In this document: piece after piece, positions 36,501 to 49,003 of the stretch
Layout of the letters: every line of letters begins with the position of its first letter
Numbering within the stretch: position 1 is the first letter of the stretch
Assembly: GCA_950097015.1 (NCBI GenBank)
Contig: CATNEN010000025.1
Location: 620,001-684,000 of the forward strand
DNA length: 64,000 nucleotides
DNA from: Macrostomum hystrix
Taxonomy: Eukaryota > Animalia > Platyhelminthes
Reading direction: 5' to 3'
Made by a program: the position numbers and the translations under genes
Notes under the pieces: model-generated
Seen by the model: the letters and a program-made list of their open reading frames with translations, nothing else
Database searches by the model: none
Told to the model about the DNA's origin: nothing

Positions 36501-39500
36501 CAGATGCTGTCTAATAGTATCGCCAAACTGCTAGTGCTGGCAGTTGCTTCTTCTTTGCTTCTGCTGACAATCGGCGAGGTTGCCAACGCAGCTGCCATTG
36601 CCGCTGCTTCCGAGCCACCTCGAGACGTCGTGGGTTCGTTTCACCTCGCGGAACAGCTGGCTGCCTCCGAGCTGCTCAACGAAGAGGAGGCGCAGCATCG
36701 GCAACAGCTGCGTCTGATGCTAGAGGCTCTGGAAGAGGAATACCCTGCCTTCGAAGAGTATTTTAACAAGCAACGACTGGAGCGGCAGAACAGTGGCCGA
36801 CACCGACAGGCGCAGAAGAAGTGGTACGAGTGGGGCAAGTGAAACGAGAGCTCCATTGTCGCGCGCAACAAACACTAAGCCTGGTCTGCCACAGTCGAGA
36901 CGGTGAAGCAAAGACTAATAGGAACAGAGAAAGAATCAAAATGTGTGAAAGAATGCTTCAAAACTGCTCTACAGCTTCTATTGCGCTTTGTCTTTTGTTT
37001 CTCTTTAACATATCCAACTGAAAAATAAATAAATTGAAGAAAGGTATTCAGCAATTTTTTGAAAAACTTAAGAGTAAAAAATACTTCTGGAGGATGGACA
37101 GAATGCTAATTAACAAGAAACCATCAGGTTTAACTTGTGCTTGAGTGTTCAGGTTGTTTGTCTTTTTTACTGAGACGCTACTCACTCACAATCGGTACAT
37201 GATGAAGTACGAGCGTTTTGGTTGTTGGGTTTATTAATAGTAAATAAGTAGAAACAAGAACTCATATAATTAGACTGTTTAGAACTATTTTTAGTGCAAT
37301 GCTTTAGATCGCAACTTTTTCAACTGAAAATGACATGCTCAAAACTGTATTAAAAATAATTCATTCAGTTTAAACTGAAATTTTACGGAAGCGACATGCT
37401 CGGCAATGAGCTGGTTTTTTATTTCTGCTTAACTTATCTTGCACATGCTATGTCCCTCACAGGCAGAGAGAGAACTATTATAACTACGAGCTAGTTGCAA
37501 ACAGCGTACAAAGAAAGACACAGGCCGAAAGATACTCTGTGCCACACGGAGCAGAACCAAAAATCAGCAAGAATAATACTTGGATTTGCTCACTAGCGAC
37601 AGCGAGACGCAATTCTAACTTCATTTCGGTGTTCTTCGCCGCAGTCCAACTTAAGCTAGGGATGAGCAATTGCAGACGTGATTGCCTATCGGAGGGCTGG
37701 CAGAGTGAGGGCGGGCACTGGCAAGTTGATGCCGCCCACATGGCATTGAAGCGTTGGAGGAAAAGGCTCCGATTTCATCATTTCGCTTCCACGCCCTCGA
37801 GAGTACTGACAGCATGAAGCTGAATGATACGCATCGTAGTCCACTCCAATGGCTTTGGAGAAGCGAACCGACCCCACCCAGGAAGGTAACTTTGAAGCTA
37901 TTATTCTCGCCCACAAAAGTTCTAGTGTTCTTTCCGAAAAGCTAGAGGATCTGTTGAGGTGAGGTGAGCATTTTTTCGAGCGTATTGCTAATGGGAATAA
38001 ACTAGAAAAAGCAGAAAAAAATTATAAAACCATGCAGACGTAAGAGCAGTTTGACGGTAAATTGAGAAAGCAGACTCAATGTCTACAAAGAACCATGAAT
38101 AGTCTATCTAAAACAGTTTTTGTGGGGGTTTTAAATACTTTTTTCTGTCTCGCATATTCATTAACGTTCAAATGCGCTTGCCCGCAATTGAGAAAGACAA
38201 TAACATTGTTTCAATTCAACAGTTGACTACGCCTGGTAAAGATGCATGGAAACTTGTCGGGAATAATAATTGTCTATAATTAGAGCATTCCACAGTCATG
38301 AGCAGTTATTGTTTACGGTGAACAATAGGCTGTTTGCGTAGCAGCAGCGGCGTAACAGCATTAGCAGCAGCAGCTTAAATTAGATAAGCGAAAGCGCATC
38401 CCAGCAGCCAGCTGGCTCCCAACAAGTGAAATGATGCTTAAAATTAAAACAAAACTCTTTAGGGATGGCACCAATATCAAAATCGACATCTCGGCAATAC
38501 AGTTTCTAAACCCGCACATTTTCAGCTAACAATGGAAACGGCTTTCATGTGTTTTGGGCCGCGCTCATCAAAGCAATAACCACGGCGATGCACGTGTTAT
38601 CCCAGCTCTTGATCAAATCCCCTCCGCTGACTGCCTAGCAACTCTCAGCTGCGCGCCCACCAGCCATATTCTCCCCCATAGAAGGCATTCGAAATTGTTG
38701 CTTTGGAAAAACAATGACGAGCTATTTTAGTTGTGCTCGATGAATTTACGTTTGGATTATCGCATTCGCCTGATCAGCTAGCTGGCTATTGCTCCATTTT
38801 GCTCGATTCCTCTCAATGCAATTACAACGTACAAAGGGCTACAATCGAAGTATGTATGCTAAATCAATGTGTTTTTTCCATATTCAGCAACGAAAAGCTA
38901 AAATGAATAGGCAAGTTTTATGTAAGACTATGTTTTTCTTTTTATTCAAATCCAAACCCAAAAAGAGCCTTCATTAATATATTTACTTTTATAAAGTGAA
39001 TACAGTACTGGAATGAACAGTAGTCGAAGGGTGTAACAGAATAAAATAATAATAATTGAGTACACCTTTCCCGATGAAGCTAGATATGCAGCCGACAGCA
39101 CACATGCGTCTATTGCGCGGCGGATATGAAGGCTGCGTACGGCTGTTCAGTCTATGGACTGGAGGGGACGCCACATCCACCGTGAATTACCCTAGCCGAT
39201 GCTAGTATCCATTTAACAGCTGGGTAAAGTGTCTTGCTAAGTGACACAAATTATTCCAGTGGAGTCAGGAATCGAACCTGGATCTTTAAGTCGTTAGTCC
39301 GACGCTCTAACGACTATATGGGCTATACCCCTTTTATTCATGGTAATAAAATCTACTATAATGTTCTTAAAATATCGCATAGACAATCATAGAGCCTAGC
39401 AATTCTGGTCTAATGTAGAAGTGCTATTCAAACTATGAAGCAAAAGCAAAAGGTTCAAAGCAATTAGGCTACAGATTTAACACCACTCCATAGTTGTATT

Positions 39501-42500
39501 CATAAAAAAGGTTAAAAGTGCAGACAGAAGCGGCTCCCTTACTAGCGCAATGCGAGCATAACACGCAAGCTAATTGGATCTAGCAAATGATTCCTTCTAT
39601 TATAAGCAACTTCCAACACTTCACCGATGCGCGAGCTTCCTTCTCCTTCAACGCCCAACACGCTCTAAGCACAGTTTGTCTATCGCAAACAATCGAGAGT
39701 CTCCGGTGCTACAGCATAGCAGCGTGAGCACAGTCCTGAGAAGCATTTCAAAGCGAAGGAAATGTTGAAAGAGGGACAAAAAATCCTGGAAGCTATTTAT
39801 GCTGAAGACAAGCCCATTAAGCGTCGCATAGCTAAGATGCCTAAAAAAGTCATTTAAAGTGTTTCTCTGTACTGCAAAGAAGAATTTAATTTATATTTTA
39901 CCGAATAAAATTTATCTAGGACTTGAGATGCGACATATGTAGGACACAAGTCCTACATAGAGTAAAGTCCTTAACCCAAGTCCTACAAGTCCTACAAGTG
40001 CGACAGAAGTCCCGTAGCGACAAATGAGTCCGACAAAAAGCATTAAAATGAAAAATACACCAAGGGAAGCAATCCTGTATCTGTGTCGATGCCAGATAGA
40101 CTAGAAAATTTAAGGGCACTCAACTGAACCAACAGCAGTGTCAAATAACTTGCAAACGCTATCCGATTCTCACCGAAGTCAGAAGTAACTAAATGCTGTA
40201 GCATAGGTCGAAATAAATGTAATGTGAATTGCACGACACCTTTTAAGTTGGATAGGGGTCATTTGAGTTCAACTTATCAACTCAAATGAGCTGGAGTTTT
40301 AAAACGGCGAAAAATAGATATATATTTTCAGTTTCCTGCTAACGTTGCGAAACTCAAGAGGTGGTGCACTTTGACGCCAATTAAAAACATTGTTTTTTAA
40401 TTATATTATTATGCACAATTAGGCACGCCAGTGCCTCTATTTTGACTTTGACCTCAGTGATTTTTATAATATACGTTGCAAGTGATTTTGTTACCTCGTT
40501 ATTGTCTGGCACCATACGCTTGTATAAGTAGATTGCTTTGTCATCGGCTAGAAGAATTTAGAAGCTCAGGACCATTTTCACGATTTATATAAAAAAATTA
40601 TCTGCAATGTGGCAGTACAATATCGAATTGCATTTGAAAAAGAAATATATATTAGTTCTAATACTTCTAGATAATACTTCTAACTAATAATAGTTCTCTA
40701 CTTCTGTTTTACGCCTTAGACAAATTTTGTTTTCCTATTTTGTAAGGCCTTAAAAGTCTAGCATGTTAGTTTGTGATTTTCGAATCGGAAGGTTGAGAGG
40801 GTTCTTCGGAACTCAGGGTCTGTGGTTTCAATAAGGTACCTTTCTGGTCAGTAAAATCTAAAAAAAGCATAGTGAAATTAATGATTTTCCTAGTTTTATC
40901 TTTTTTGTTTCCAGTTGAAAAAAAATGCAGAATTGTCTGCTGATTTCGGCTCGGCAGGTAAACATGATAGTCATACGATAAAACTATAGATACTAGTAGT
41001 TCCAAGGTCAAACTATGCTTGTCCTTCCTTAACAGTTTGTAGGGCGGGGAGAAGACTGGCTTTTATGTTTCGTAAAAAATCTGTACATTGAAGTAGACAT
41101 ACAGGTCTGCACAAAAGGTAAATACGTGTATCAGCGCTGACATTTTCACATGTGCACAAAGTCAGTACGCCAGATAATGCGAACCGACCTGTTGACAATC
41201 CTGGTGATAAAAAAGGAAGTTTAAAAGAAGTTTCATATAAAATGAGCGTCCAATGCTCTCGTGCTTAAACGGCAGAAGCAACTAGACACAGCTAATTCTT
41301 TGCTTTATGCAAGACTTTTTAGTTGAATAATGCGCTGTAATAGAAGGTGAGACGGAACGTGTATTTCTCATTTTAACAAATGTCTAATCAGACAAAACTT
41401 TAGTCAGACGTGACTTATTTCCATATAAAGCCATTAATCATGGACTAAATTGGTTCGAGTTACATGGAAATTTATCACAGTGCATCCGATGGCTATTGAT
41501 TTCATCTCGTCTGAATGAGACTAAATTTTCCAAATTTATAAATATTACAAGTAGAAATATTTATTAACTACTTGTAGGTGATTTTCATAATCGGGCTTTA
41601 GAGTGCTATAGAACAAGAATAGGGTTATGGCCAGCAGGCCACAAGCGTTCTCTCAGCGTCTGCGCTCCAAATTCACGTGGCCACGACGAACATACGAAAA
41701 CAGAACACAGTGCGAGTCGCAACACTCATCCTATTTCTGCGCCATCATGCATATCAGCTATCGTAGAGGTTCAGTTTATTTGCCCAGGTCCCACATCAAA
41801 ACCCAATGAATTCTTTGAAAAATTGTGTTACATTGCTGCAAGAAAATTGCTTTCGCTTGGGCCAGAAATTTGTTCATGCAGAAAGAATTACCCGTGGTTG
41901 TCAAGTTTTCTGAGAGAGATGACATCTACAAGAATGTCTCATATGGCGCTCTGGCAAGCACCAGGCAGGCCTGCTAAGCGTCTCGCATCTTTTAACTTGA
42001 ACGCCTGAGCAATATTAGCTGCAGCTTCAGACGGAGCTCACATGACAACGGTGCATGCCAAGCGGGGAGAATTTGCCTTGTCTTAAAATATAGAACAAAG
42101 GAGCTGACTTGTTCTCCCACTCTGCCATGGATATGACACTGACTAAACCCTTCAAAGCACAAGAAAGACTGACATCTCTCGTGAGCATTTTTAGGCAGAG
42201 GCATATTCAGAAAACTGTGTGATAACAAGGAGACTAGCACTCGATACATGGCCTTCATTCCACTTCATTCTGGACAAGAATACAGAAGCAGACTGAAATA
42301 AGAAAAAAATACTTTTAAGCAATCAACCAGCAATCAATCAATCTCGCACTGTTAAGTCGCAGACAATATTTCAAGCACTTTAATTCGTAGCTACTTCTTA
42401 CTGTATAGACAAAAGAGAAGACACATTTTTCATTTCATTGCAATTTTCACTGCGCTTTTCTAAAATTGTAAATCTGGTGCTACAAAAACAATACAAATGA

Positions 42501-45500
42501 AAAGTGTTTATGGTTAACCAAAACAAGTAGTTTCCTTTAAATATCAACCGCAACGTTGTGATGCATTATTATTACAACTGACTTTAATATCCATCTTTCT
42601 TCAATAACGACACTTAATAAATCATGATCACAAAATACATAACTTTCAGATTTTCAATTACACTCCTACGACTTTTTCTGTTGTGCTACAACTCATGGAA
42701 AATCGTTGCCGCACCATTGCAAAAAGATCAAGCCAGAGCTACTCCGCTGATGCTGATTTCCCTGGACGGCTTCCGACACGACTATCTGGCATTGTTTGCC
42801 AATTCAACACCGGTGCTGAACCGCCTAGCAGCCGGCGAAGGTGCTTACGCGCCGCGATTGCAGCCGGCTTACATGACTAAGACGGCCGCCAATCACTGGA
42901 CCATGGTCACCGGATTGCATCAAGAAGTGCACGGAATTGTTAACAACCAAATGTTTGATCCGGAATTCAATGAGACCGTTGATATGTTCGATACTGATGA
43001 CGAAAAATGGTGGAATACTTCGGAGCCAATCTGGCTAACAGCTGAAGCAAATGGACAGCGAGCCGGCGTGTACAGATGGCCGGGCGGTCATGTGGCTATC
43101 GGGGGCCGTCTGCCAACCTTCCTGACGCCGAGGACGGAAAGTGACATACCGCTCAGGGTCGGTTTAGACAGCGCACTCGACTGGCTAACAAACGGCCAAG
43201 CCAGTTTGGCTGTTTTGTATCACCACGAGCCAGACCTCACCGCTCACTACGAGGGACCCGGAGCGGTTGGTCCAGTGCTGGCTAGCATTGACGCAGATAT
43301 TGGTAGATTTTTTCGACAGTTAGAAGAACGTGGAATCCGAAATAGCGTTAATGTTATTATTACGTCTGATCATGGTAAGCCAAGTGCGACTGCATTGTTT
43401 CTATTTTTTGGACTGCATCGAATAATTCTGAAAACGGACGTTAATGGCTTGAATTCAAGTATCTTGGAGTGCAGCAATTAATCCAAGGAAGAGCAATCCA
43501 TTCTATCTAGATGAAATAGACCAGCAATTCATTCTTTCTTGATGAATTAGATCAGCAATCCATTCTTCATCGATGAAATAGATCAGCAATCCATTCTTCA
43601 TTGATGTCATTGACAAGCAATATACTATTCTTCGATGAAATGGAGTAGCAACTCAAGACTACTAGTCCTCGTTGGAATAGACAAGCAATCCATTCTGCCT
43701 CGATAGAATGGACCAGCAATCCAGTTTTATTCGATGAAAGACATTATTAATAGGTGCAATCTTCGATGCGGTAGATTAGCAAATGCAATATTTCTCGCCT
43801 ATTATCCGCAGGCATGCTGCCAGTGAACCACAGTCGCACTGTGTGGGTAAACGCCCGCAACCACTCGGCCACCAGAGCAGTGCTGCAGATGGGCGTCGCT
43901 CTGGGCTTATTCGCACAGCCTGGCAGAGCAGAAGAGCTTCGATCTGCAATGTTGCGCGACATCGCCGACAGGCCGGTGCGGGCTCTGCTACGCCAGGAGC
44001 TGCCAGACCGACTGCATTTCAGAGGGCACAGACGCATCCCGGATGTGATGCTAATGCCGTCAAGAGGCTATCACGTTGCGGACACTGACGACAGAGTCTG
44101 GAAGCTTGGCATGCACGGCGGGGACTCGGACTGGGATGAGATGATGGTGCCGCTGCTAGCGACGGGACCGGCGTTTGCCAGGGGCGCGCGAGTCGACTCC
44201 GTGGCTCAACAGACAGATGTCTATGGCCTGGCCTGCAGGCTTATCGGCCTGACGCCGAGGCCGCACAATGGCAGCGAACGGCCCCTGGTTGAATTGCTAT
44301 TTAGCGGCGCCGAAAACTGTCGGCAGTCGTGGCCAGTGCTTTCGGTGCTACTATTTGGATTTTATGCTCGCCACTGTGACCAGCTTTTTATCAAATGAGA
44401 TACCGAATATAAATATGCACGAACTCCAACTACTTTATTGCTTTATCCTAAAACATGAAATATGAGTAAACCTGTATTCATGGCACATCAGGCTTTTTTT
44501 ATTATAAATTATCCGATTCATTCATCCGATGAAGCACTCGACTTGGAACAGATTACTTAAACTGCCTTACAGGTAGGACATCCCGTTCCAAATTATGAAG
44601 CAGGTGACTACACTATCATACAGGTAGGACATCCTGCTTAAAACACGTGACTATACTATCCAACAGGTATAGGACATCCGGCTTAAAACAGGTGACTATA
44701 CTATCCAACAGGTATAGGACATCCGGCTTAAAACACGTGACTATACTATCCAACAGGTATAGGACATCCTGCTTAAAACAGGTGACTACACTATCCAACA
44801 GGTATAGGACATCCTGCTTAAAACAGGTGACTACACTATCCAACAGGTATAGGACATCCTGCTTAAAACAGGTGACTACACTATCCAACAGGTATAGGAC
44901 ATCCTGCTTAAAACAGGTTGACTACACTATCCAACAGGTATAGGACATCCTGCTTAAAACAGGTGACTACACTATCCAACAGGTATAGGACATCCTGCTT
45001 GAGCAGGTGACTGCCAGAGCCAAAAACAGCACAATGTGCCCAGCCTCACCGAAAAGGTAGAGCGAGTCCTCAACAAGGAAGCAGCCAGGTGAATACCGCT
45101 TATTAGTCATTGGTGGCAGGTTGCCAACCTTCTTTTTCTCCGGATCGAAGCAGTAGAACTCGTTCCGCGTTGAGCTCGCTGACTCCATGCCGCCGGCAAT
45201 GAAAAATTTGCCGCCTCGAGCTGCCACGGAGCAGCTCTTGACTGACATCGGCAGGCGACCGGCCTCCGACCACTGCTGCGATTCCGCGTCAAATGCGTCC
45301 AGCGTGGCCACGCCCGACTGGCCGGGACCGGAGCCGCCGAAAGAGTAGATGCACTTGCCTGCGGCCGTGCGTGCGGATGCGCGAACATGCTGCCAAACAT
45401 ATCGTCTCCCCCTGCCAAATATCTAGTCTCCCTCTGCCTAACATTTAGTCTCCCCCCTGCCGAACATCTAGTCTCCCCATGCCCAACATCTAATCTCCCA

Positions 45501-45882
45501 TCTTTATAAAGTCCAATCCCTCTCTCTCCAACATCTAATCTTTTATCCGTCCAATATCTTATCTACGCTCTCGCTTTTAACGAAGGCAACTGAACGCTAA
45601 GACACGCGTATCCTCACCCATGGTGAGCAGCTGTACGCCAGCTCTCGGCGTCGGCAGGCCTGGCACGGCGCTCCAGGCGTTGGCAGTGTCGCCGCAGCTA
45701 CCACCGTCGCCGTCGCCCAATCGTAGACTTTCGCAGGCGTCAATGGGCTGGCCGTTCTGCATACAGCCGCCAATCACAAACAGGGTGTTATCCAGCACAG
45801 TCATGGCTGGGAACACGTGCTGCTGCCGCATTGTTGGCAGGCTGCGCCAGCAGCTGCTGCCGGTTGGTGCCGATGCCGACAT
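33598..45882 (-). CDS. KLHDC8: Kelch domain-containing protein 8-like (six kelch repeats), about 360 aa
   Basis: Exons 45882-45618, 45358-45050, 34738-34526, 34042-33947 and 33797-33598, all phase 1. The long splice rebuilds SLYLF-GG-REGRTPVAGCEVFD. The sequence tracks KLHDC8B from memory (LFVIGGC..G.PID, LPTPRAG). Confidence 0.82.
34130..34450. repeat. 27-bp minisatellite, KLHDC8 intron
   Basis: ATGACCCTAGCGGGATCATACCCC-type unit. Confidence 0.95.
34825..35345. repeat. 32-bp minisatellite, KLHDC8 long intron
   Basis: TGGGATCTCGGAGCATCTGGACTGTGCTCAAT repeated. Confidence 0.95.
35811..35945 (+). promoter_or_regulatory. Candidate core promoter of the neuropeptide gene
   Basis: CCAAT at 35811 and 35828, TATAAA at 35915-35920, and a strong donor AG/GTAAGT at 36045/46 consistent with a non-coding exon 1. 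Confidence 0.55.
36504..36842 (+). CDS. Candidate neuropeptide precursor (C-terminal WYEW-amide), 112 aa
   Basis: Hydrophobic signal peptide, acidic spacer and KK-WYEW-G-K-stop. The ATG follows an acceptor CAG directly; AATAAA at 37023. Confidence 0.78.
   Translation: MLSNSIAKLLVLAVASSLLLLTIGEVANAAAIAAASEPPRDVVGSFHLAEQLAASELLNEEEAQHRQQLRLMLEALEEEYPAFEEYFNKQRLERQNSGRHRQAQKKWYEWGK
39078..39315 (-). mobile_element. SINE family 1 copy
   Basis: CAGTCTATGGACTG body, TTTAACAGCTGGGTAAAGTGTCTTGC and GGAATCGAACC...GACGCTCTAAC head. Confidence 0.75.
42624..44398 (+). CDS. Ectonucleotide pyrophosphatase/phosphodiesterase, ENPP4/5-like, about 445 aa
   Basis: Exons 42624-43374 and 43812-44398. Motifs LISLDGFR, TKTAANH, HEPDLTAH, SDHGM across the splice and GMHGG. 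Hydrophobic N- and C-termini. Confidence 0.9.
43480..43745. repeat. Degenerate minisatellite of about 39 bp in the ENPP intron
   Basis: GATGAAATAGATCAGCAATCCATTCTTCAT recurs. Confidence 0.8.
44565..45012. repeat. 45-bp minisatellite next to a KLHDC8 donor
   Basis: ACAGGTATAGGACATCCTGCTTAAAACAGGTGACTACACTATCCA repeated. Confidence 0.95.
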
Positions 45883-46994
45883 AATCGAATGCTGATCAAA
45901 GAAGGCGGAAACACTAGTAAAACAATCTTTTGATTCTGATCTGGTCTTCTCGTCTTGGATATTGTCTGAAAGAGGTGTTCGTTTTTTATATGAGCAGGGA
46001 CCAAAATTTTCCGCCCGTTACGATGAGCTAACTTTATAAACCATCCGAGTAAGCATCGTCGAGATAATAAGATATTCTTGTCAAAGACCCTGATGACAAG
46101 GACAACTAACATTGTTCTGAATCCATGCCGCCTGTACATTGTTTGAACCTTAGAAATTATGAGCTATTTAATCCAATAGATCGGAAAAATTGAAAGATTT
46201 GACAGAAAAAGAAGTTATGTGAAATTCTTAGCTGTTTTTTAAGTGTTTTCTAAATGCGATAAAAGAATTACTCTGGTGAAAGCCCACCCCCTACCGTTGA
46301 GATTATGGATGAATGAACAATGATAAGACAAACAGACTAACAAATACAATGGGGAAACGAAAAACAACAGGTGTCAATTTTCGCATCTTTGACTGACAAT
46401 GGCTGAAATGAGGAATTATAGACAAGGCTTATAAAACTCGTCAAAGATAGGAGAATTCACATGCGTGGCTCATTAACGAGCGAATGCCTCATTTCTCGCA
46501 GCATTCTTATTTGTATTTTCTAAACCAAATCTTTGATCTGAAAGTAAAAAAACTGACATTATTAACGCAAGAAATGCTGCGATCCATCCACTCGTCTGCC
46601 CTACCCCATCCACGCGATAAAAAACTAGCAATCTTTTTTAACAGAAACTGTTCCTGTGGAAAATAGACTGGCGGTAAAGGAGGAGCAGGAGACATTGCTG
46701 CTGAATGTCGAAGCTATGAAAGCAAAATAGTTAAGTTTTCTTAAAATCCTACCTTAAAGCAGCTGAAGAAGTTTCTGTTGCTTTTATTTTAAACTTGCCT
46801 TGAACTTGTTTTCAACTGATTGGCACGTTAAAACAATACAGAAAAAATATGAATTTAACTATGCGCTTGTGAACTTGTTAAAATGTTTTCATTTCTAAGG
46901 ATGTAAAGGAAATTTGATGTCGAATATTCAGGGACCAGGCCAAACGAATATGGGAATCTATAAGGGTCGTGATTCGACCCGCTAGCATTTTGGA

Positions 46995-47582
46995 AGGTTG
47001 GCGATCCCATCCGAAAGGATTCTGAGAGAGTTGGCGATCCCATCCCGAAGGATTCTGAGAGAGTTGGCGATCCCATCCCGAAGGATTCTGAGAGAGTTGG
47101 CGATCCCATCCCGAAGGATTCTGAGAGAGTTGGCGATCCCATCCCGAAGGATTCTGAGAGAGTTGGCGATCCCATCCCGAAGGATTCTGAGAGAGTTGGC
47201 GATCCCATCCCGAAGGATTCTGAGAGAGTTGGCGATCCCATCCCGAAGGATTCTGAGAGTTGGCGATCCCATTCCGAAGGATTCTGGGAGAGTTGGCGAT
47301 CCCATCTCGAAGGATTCTGCGAGAGTTGGCGATCCCATCCGAAAGGATTCTGAGAGAGTTGGCGATCCCATCCCGAAGGATTCTGAGAGAGTTGGCGATC
47401 CCATCCGAAAGGATTCTGAGAGAGTTGGCGATCCCATCCCGAAGGATTCTGAGAGAGTTGGCGATCCCATCCCGAAGGATTCTGAGAGTTGGCGATCCCA
47501 TCCCGAAGGATTCTGGGAGACTTGGCGATCCCATCCCGAAGGATTCTGAGAGAGTTGGCGATCCCATCCCGAAGGATTCTGG
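46995..47582. repeat. 33-bp minisatellite
   Basis: GTTGGCGATCCCATCCCGAAGGATTCTGAGAGA repeated. Confidence 0.95.
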
Positions 47583-48134
47583 GAGTGTTGTTGATTTGTA
47601 CCTTAAAACGCAAAGTAAAAACGCACCATCTATCTGAACATATAGAAGTGCCGACATCAAAGTGAAGCACCGCACGTTATGGCTATTTAGCCAGTTAATA
47701 AAAACCTTATTTCTTTACTTCCTGAATCAATACTCGAAAAGCTGTTGAGAAGCAAAACTATAAAATACGTGTAGCATTTTGTTGCATGGCATAATTTCGT
47801 GTAAATTATGAATTATGCGAAGAAAAATCAACCTGTTCTTGCCAGCGATTCTAGCAATCAATTAGCGGTATGAATTATACTAATTACTAAACTATTTATA
47901 ATTGATTTTAATCCGAAGCTTAACGTAATTTTAGAGGCAAAAAACAACTCCGAAGAAGATTTTTAAGATGGAAATTGGCTCTAACTCGCCAATTATATAT
48001 TTCTGCGATTCTTTTAAAAGAACAAATTGCACATTTCACCATTACTTTGATTTGGAAAAAGATCTAACGGCCGAACATTATTGTTGCTACTGGAAAGCTA
48101 CCTTTTTTAATTAACTTCTACTGCTTAATAAAAA

Positions 48135-48882
48135 ACTGAAGATCCGGAGGTGGGGAAATGGCTGCCCACTGAAGATCCGGAGGTGGGGAAATGGCTGCCC
48201 ACTGAAGATCCGGAGGTGGGGAAATGGCTACCCACTGAAGATCCGGAGGTGGGGAAATGGCTGCCCACTGAAGATCCGGAGGTGGGGAAATGGCTGCCCA
48301 CTGAAGATCCGGAGGTGGGGAAATGGCTACCCACTGAAGATCCGGAGGTGGGGAAATGGCTACCCACTGAAGATCCGGAGGTGGGGAAATGGCTACCCAC
48401 TGAAGATCCGGAGGTGGGGAAATGGCTACCCACTGAAGATCCGGAGGTGGGGAAATGGCTGCCCACTGAAGATCCGGAGGTGGGGAAATGGCTACCCACT
48501 GAAGATCCGGAGGTGGGGAAATGGCTACCCACTGAAGATCCGGAGGTGGGGAAATGGCTACCCACTGAAGATCCGGAGGTGGGGAAATGGCTACCCACTG
48601 AAGATCCGGAGGTGGGGAAATGGCTACCCACTGAAGATCCGGAGGTGGGGAAATGGCTACCCACTGAAGATCCGGAGGTGGGGAAATGGCTACCCACTGA
48701 AGATCCGGAGGTGGGGAAATGGCTACCCACTGAAGATCCGGAGGTGGGGAAATGGCTACCCACTGAAGATCCGGAGGTGGGGAAATGGCTGCCCACTGAA
48801 GATCCGGAGGTGGGGAAATGGCTGCCCACTGAAGATCCGGAGGTGGGGAAATGGCTGCCCACTGAAGATCCGGAGGTGGGGG
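48135..48882. repeat. 33-bp highly homogeneous minisatellite
   Basis: CTGAAGATCCGGAGGTGGGGAAATGGCT(A/G)CCCA repeated about 22 times. Confidence 0.97.
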
Positions 48883-49003
48883 ATGTGTATTTTCACTGAA
48901 AATACATGACTCAAAAGTAGAAGTTTAACGCCAAAAAACAAAGAAAATATTCATTAAGCTGAAAAATCGGCCCCAAAATTGTCTTTGAAGCATTTCGGAG
49001 CAC

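Noticed and set aside
46995-48882. Two adjacent 33-bp arrays as inverted relatives
   Set aside because: Reverse-complement similarity is limited to short words; the equal period may be coincidence.
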